DNA from: Oikopleura dioica
Lineage: Eukaryota; Animalia; Chordata
NCBI GenBank assembly: GCA_907165135.1
Contig: OU015566.1
Span: 434,001 to 498,000 of the forward strand
Direction: 5' to 3'
DNA: 64,000 bases
Positions 61,571 to 64,000 of this stretch are shown here, piece after piece (within the stretch, counting starts at the first letter, position 1; each line of letters begins with the position of its first letter). The translations under genes were made by a program, and so were the position numbers. The notes beneath the pieces are model-generated. The model saw only the letters and a list, made by a program, of their open reading frames with translations. It was not told the DNA's origin and did no database searches.

Positions 61571-64000
61571 CTTTTTTACCAACTCTGGTTCTAACTCAAA
61601 TAAGTACGGCTGGAGGGACGCTAATTTGCCAGCCCTGCCATTACATATAAATTATAAGTTATAAAACTGGACTGACGATACAATTTGAAAAAAAAATAGC
61701 TTATTGCCAATAAGTTATTAGTTTGCTACCTCTGACATCTTTTATAAACTGACTGTTTATTGTTTTTTCATGAAAAAAATATCCAGATTCTAGAGAATTA
61801 CAAATCTTGTTCTTACCAAGAGGTTAGATTTTCCGTAAATTAGATTTTCCGTAGATTCGATTATCCGTCAAGGACTTAAAATTCCTGAATGTTCTTTCGA
61901 AAATAGCAATTTCCTTAATTCTCAATCTCAAAAAGACAGATGCCTGGGGTTGCGCTGGTGGGATTTTGGCCGAAAATGGTCTGTTTTCAAAAAATGCTGA
62001 GACCACGTGACCATATGTAAAAATTGACGAAGATTTCATAAAAAATAGTAAAAACTTAAAATTTTTGATTTTTGGACGGTAAATCGGCATTTTTTTCAGA
62101 AAAAACCGGGTTTTTCGCACGTTTTGCCGATTTTCTCACGTGGCCAAACTGACACCACCACAAGAAAGCTCAGACGATGCTCTCAATAGATCCATTCTAA
62201 TCTCGTCCGGCAACGCCCGGCAACGAAAATGCGGCCGATTTGAAAATTAACGTTTTGGCCGAAAATGGCCTTTCTTTGGAAAAATATAATAAATAATGCT
62301 GAAAAATGAATAGAAGGGGCCGTCTCAGCCCCGTTCCTTGATTTTTAAATTTAAGGGGCTTGAGATCGGCGTTGGACTCTGAGGTGATCAATCTCAGTTA
62401 TGTCCCCAACCCCACCCACACCCATTCGAGGTGGAAATACAAATTATTCAAGTTTTACCTTTAATTATGGTTTTTATTTAATTTTTTAGAAATTTTAATT
62501 TCTTTATTTGCGGATTTTTTATCACGCTTCGACTTCTTTCGACTCGAAAAAATCATTTCTGAGCTTTCAAAATGATAGTTTAGGTTTTCTTAGGCTTAAT
62601 TTTGCAAAAATAAAAAATTCGATTTTTCGACACCTATACCCTAATTTTTCGAAATTTTTTTTTGATTTTTTTCTTGATTAGGACCTCAGAAATATGTCCA
62701 CGAAATTTCATCCCTCCATGTCAAGTGCAAAAAAAGTCCATTTTCCCACTGGCGCAACCCCACAGATGCCGCCAGTCTAGGGTTAGTTTGGGTAACCGCA
62801 GCCTATCTCCCTCGGGTAAGTTTATTCTGTCATTTTGGGTAACCGGTGAAAATAATTGAAAATAACATCCCATGACACCCAAGAACTCAAAATTTGGTCG
62901 ACTCTTAAAAAAGCTCTTAGAATCAAACGGCAAAAAGCGCTTCTTATGGACCCCCTAATCAAGGATTGTGAATACCGACATTCGACCAACGATTTTGTTT
63001 TACAGTAGTTGTAACGGCTTTTCAAATTCGTAGCGTAGCCTTTTGACACCTAGATTCTCGATTCGAATTGGCAACACCAGAGAAAATGAAAAAATTGTTT
63101 CCCAAAGACAATCAGCCCTTCTAATCGAATAAAATAAAGATGAGCAATTGGTTTATAATCATGCAATGAATTATTAAGATTTCTTTAAGGGAAAGTGTCA
63201 AACTGCAATTCTTCGTTCGCGACAAATTTTTCTCAAAAAAATACTGGCCACTAATTGGGCGGTAGACCTTATACAGGCGTCTGATTGGCTAAATTTTCTC
63301 ATGGATTTTCCAGGAAAGTTTGTCGCAAACGAGGAATCGTAGTTCGACATTAGGCCATCTTTGAAGCCGAAGATATTGTTTTATGGGTATAGTTTTATTA
63401 TGAAGATGAAATTAATTTTCCAAGAGTTTTTCTCAGTCTTTTTTCGATGTTATAATACCAAGTTCAGCAAGGGTGATGAGTGTCCCGAAAAGAAAGAATA
63501 CGGCGACGAAAAATATTCTGATAACCCTGGCGATCGTGTAGTATCTTGACACTAGAGCATAGGTTTTCACCAATTTTTATTTCTTATATACTTACATTCT
63601 TCAGAATATTTCTTCAGTCCATTGAAAAGCTGTTCTTTTGTCCAGCCAGTCTTAATTCAAAAATGAGTTTTTGTTTAATTTTTCTTGAAGGCTCTATTGT
63701 AATACAATAATTGTATTTAATTTGGTTCTTTTATGGATTTTGAGGAGCTCTTTAAAAATGAACTTTTAAAATAAATTTTGGCCCCGGTTTCTGATCTTAT
63801 CTTGGGTTCCAGGTAATAGACTTTGAAACCGGGTAGCAATATTGGATTGTTACCGGCACAGTCGACCCTAAGCATATTTGTTTATATAAGAACTTACTAC
63901 TTCCATAAGCATCCTTTCTTCGTCGGAAAAAGCCATTGCTTCGTTCCAAGCAGGCCTGATTCCAAAAAAGGTTGCTTCGACAGGATATTGATATAGACGA

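Overview
AT-rich animal genomic DNA with spliced genes. Many introns are 40-50 nt, about a third of acceptors are AAG, and the proteins are highly divergent. This pattern suggests a larvacean tunicate such as Oikopleuridae (inference only). The best-supported gene is a roughly 14 kb K-Cl cotransporter-type (SLC12A4-7/KCC) gene on the minus strand (41287-~55431). It has an enlarged Cys-rich extracellular loop and a Tyr-to-Met change at the K+-coordinating TM3 position. The window also holds a cluster of seven divergent genes encoding type II membrane or signal-anchored proteins with a CUB-like domain. One of these carries an in-frame stop and one has a TA-flanked MITE inside a coding exon. There is also a truncated acid-lipase gene, an unknown spliced gene near 1.5-3 kb, a solo LTR with a 4-bp TSD, and many MITE or foldback elements. 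The most notable signal is a set of Penelope-like retroelement (PLE) structures carrying minimal hammerhead ribozymes. A 5'-truncated RT/GIY-YIG element in a KCC intron has two inverted pseudo-LTRs, each with a hammerhead. A separate 264-bp non-coding mini-element has an intact hammerhead and an inverted tail, and a third hammerhead copy is degenerate. All gene models were built by hand from the sequence and no searches were run.
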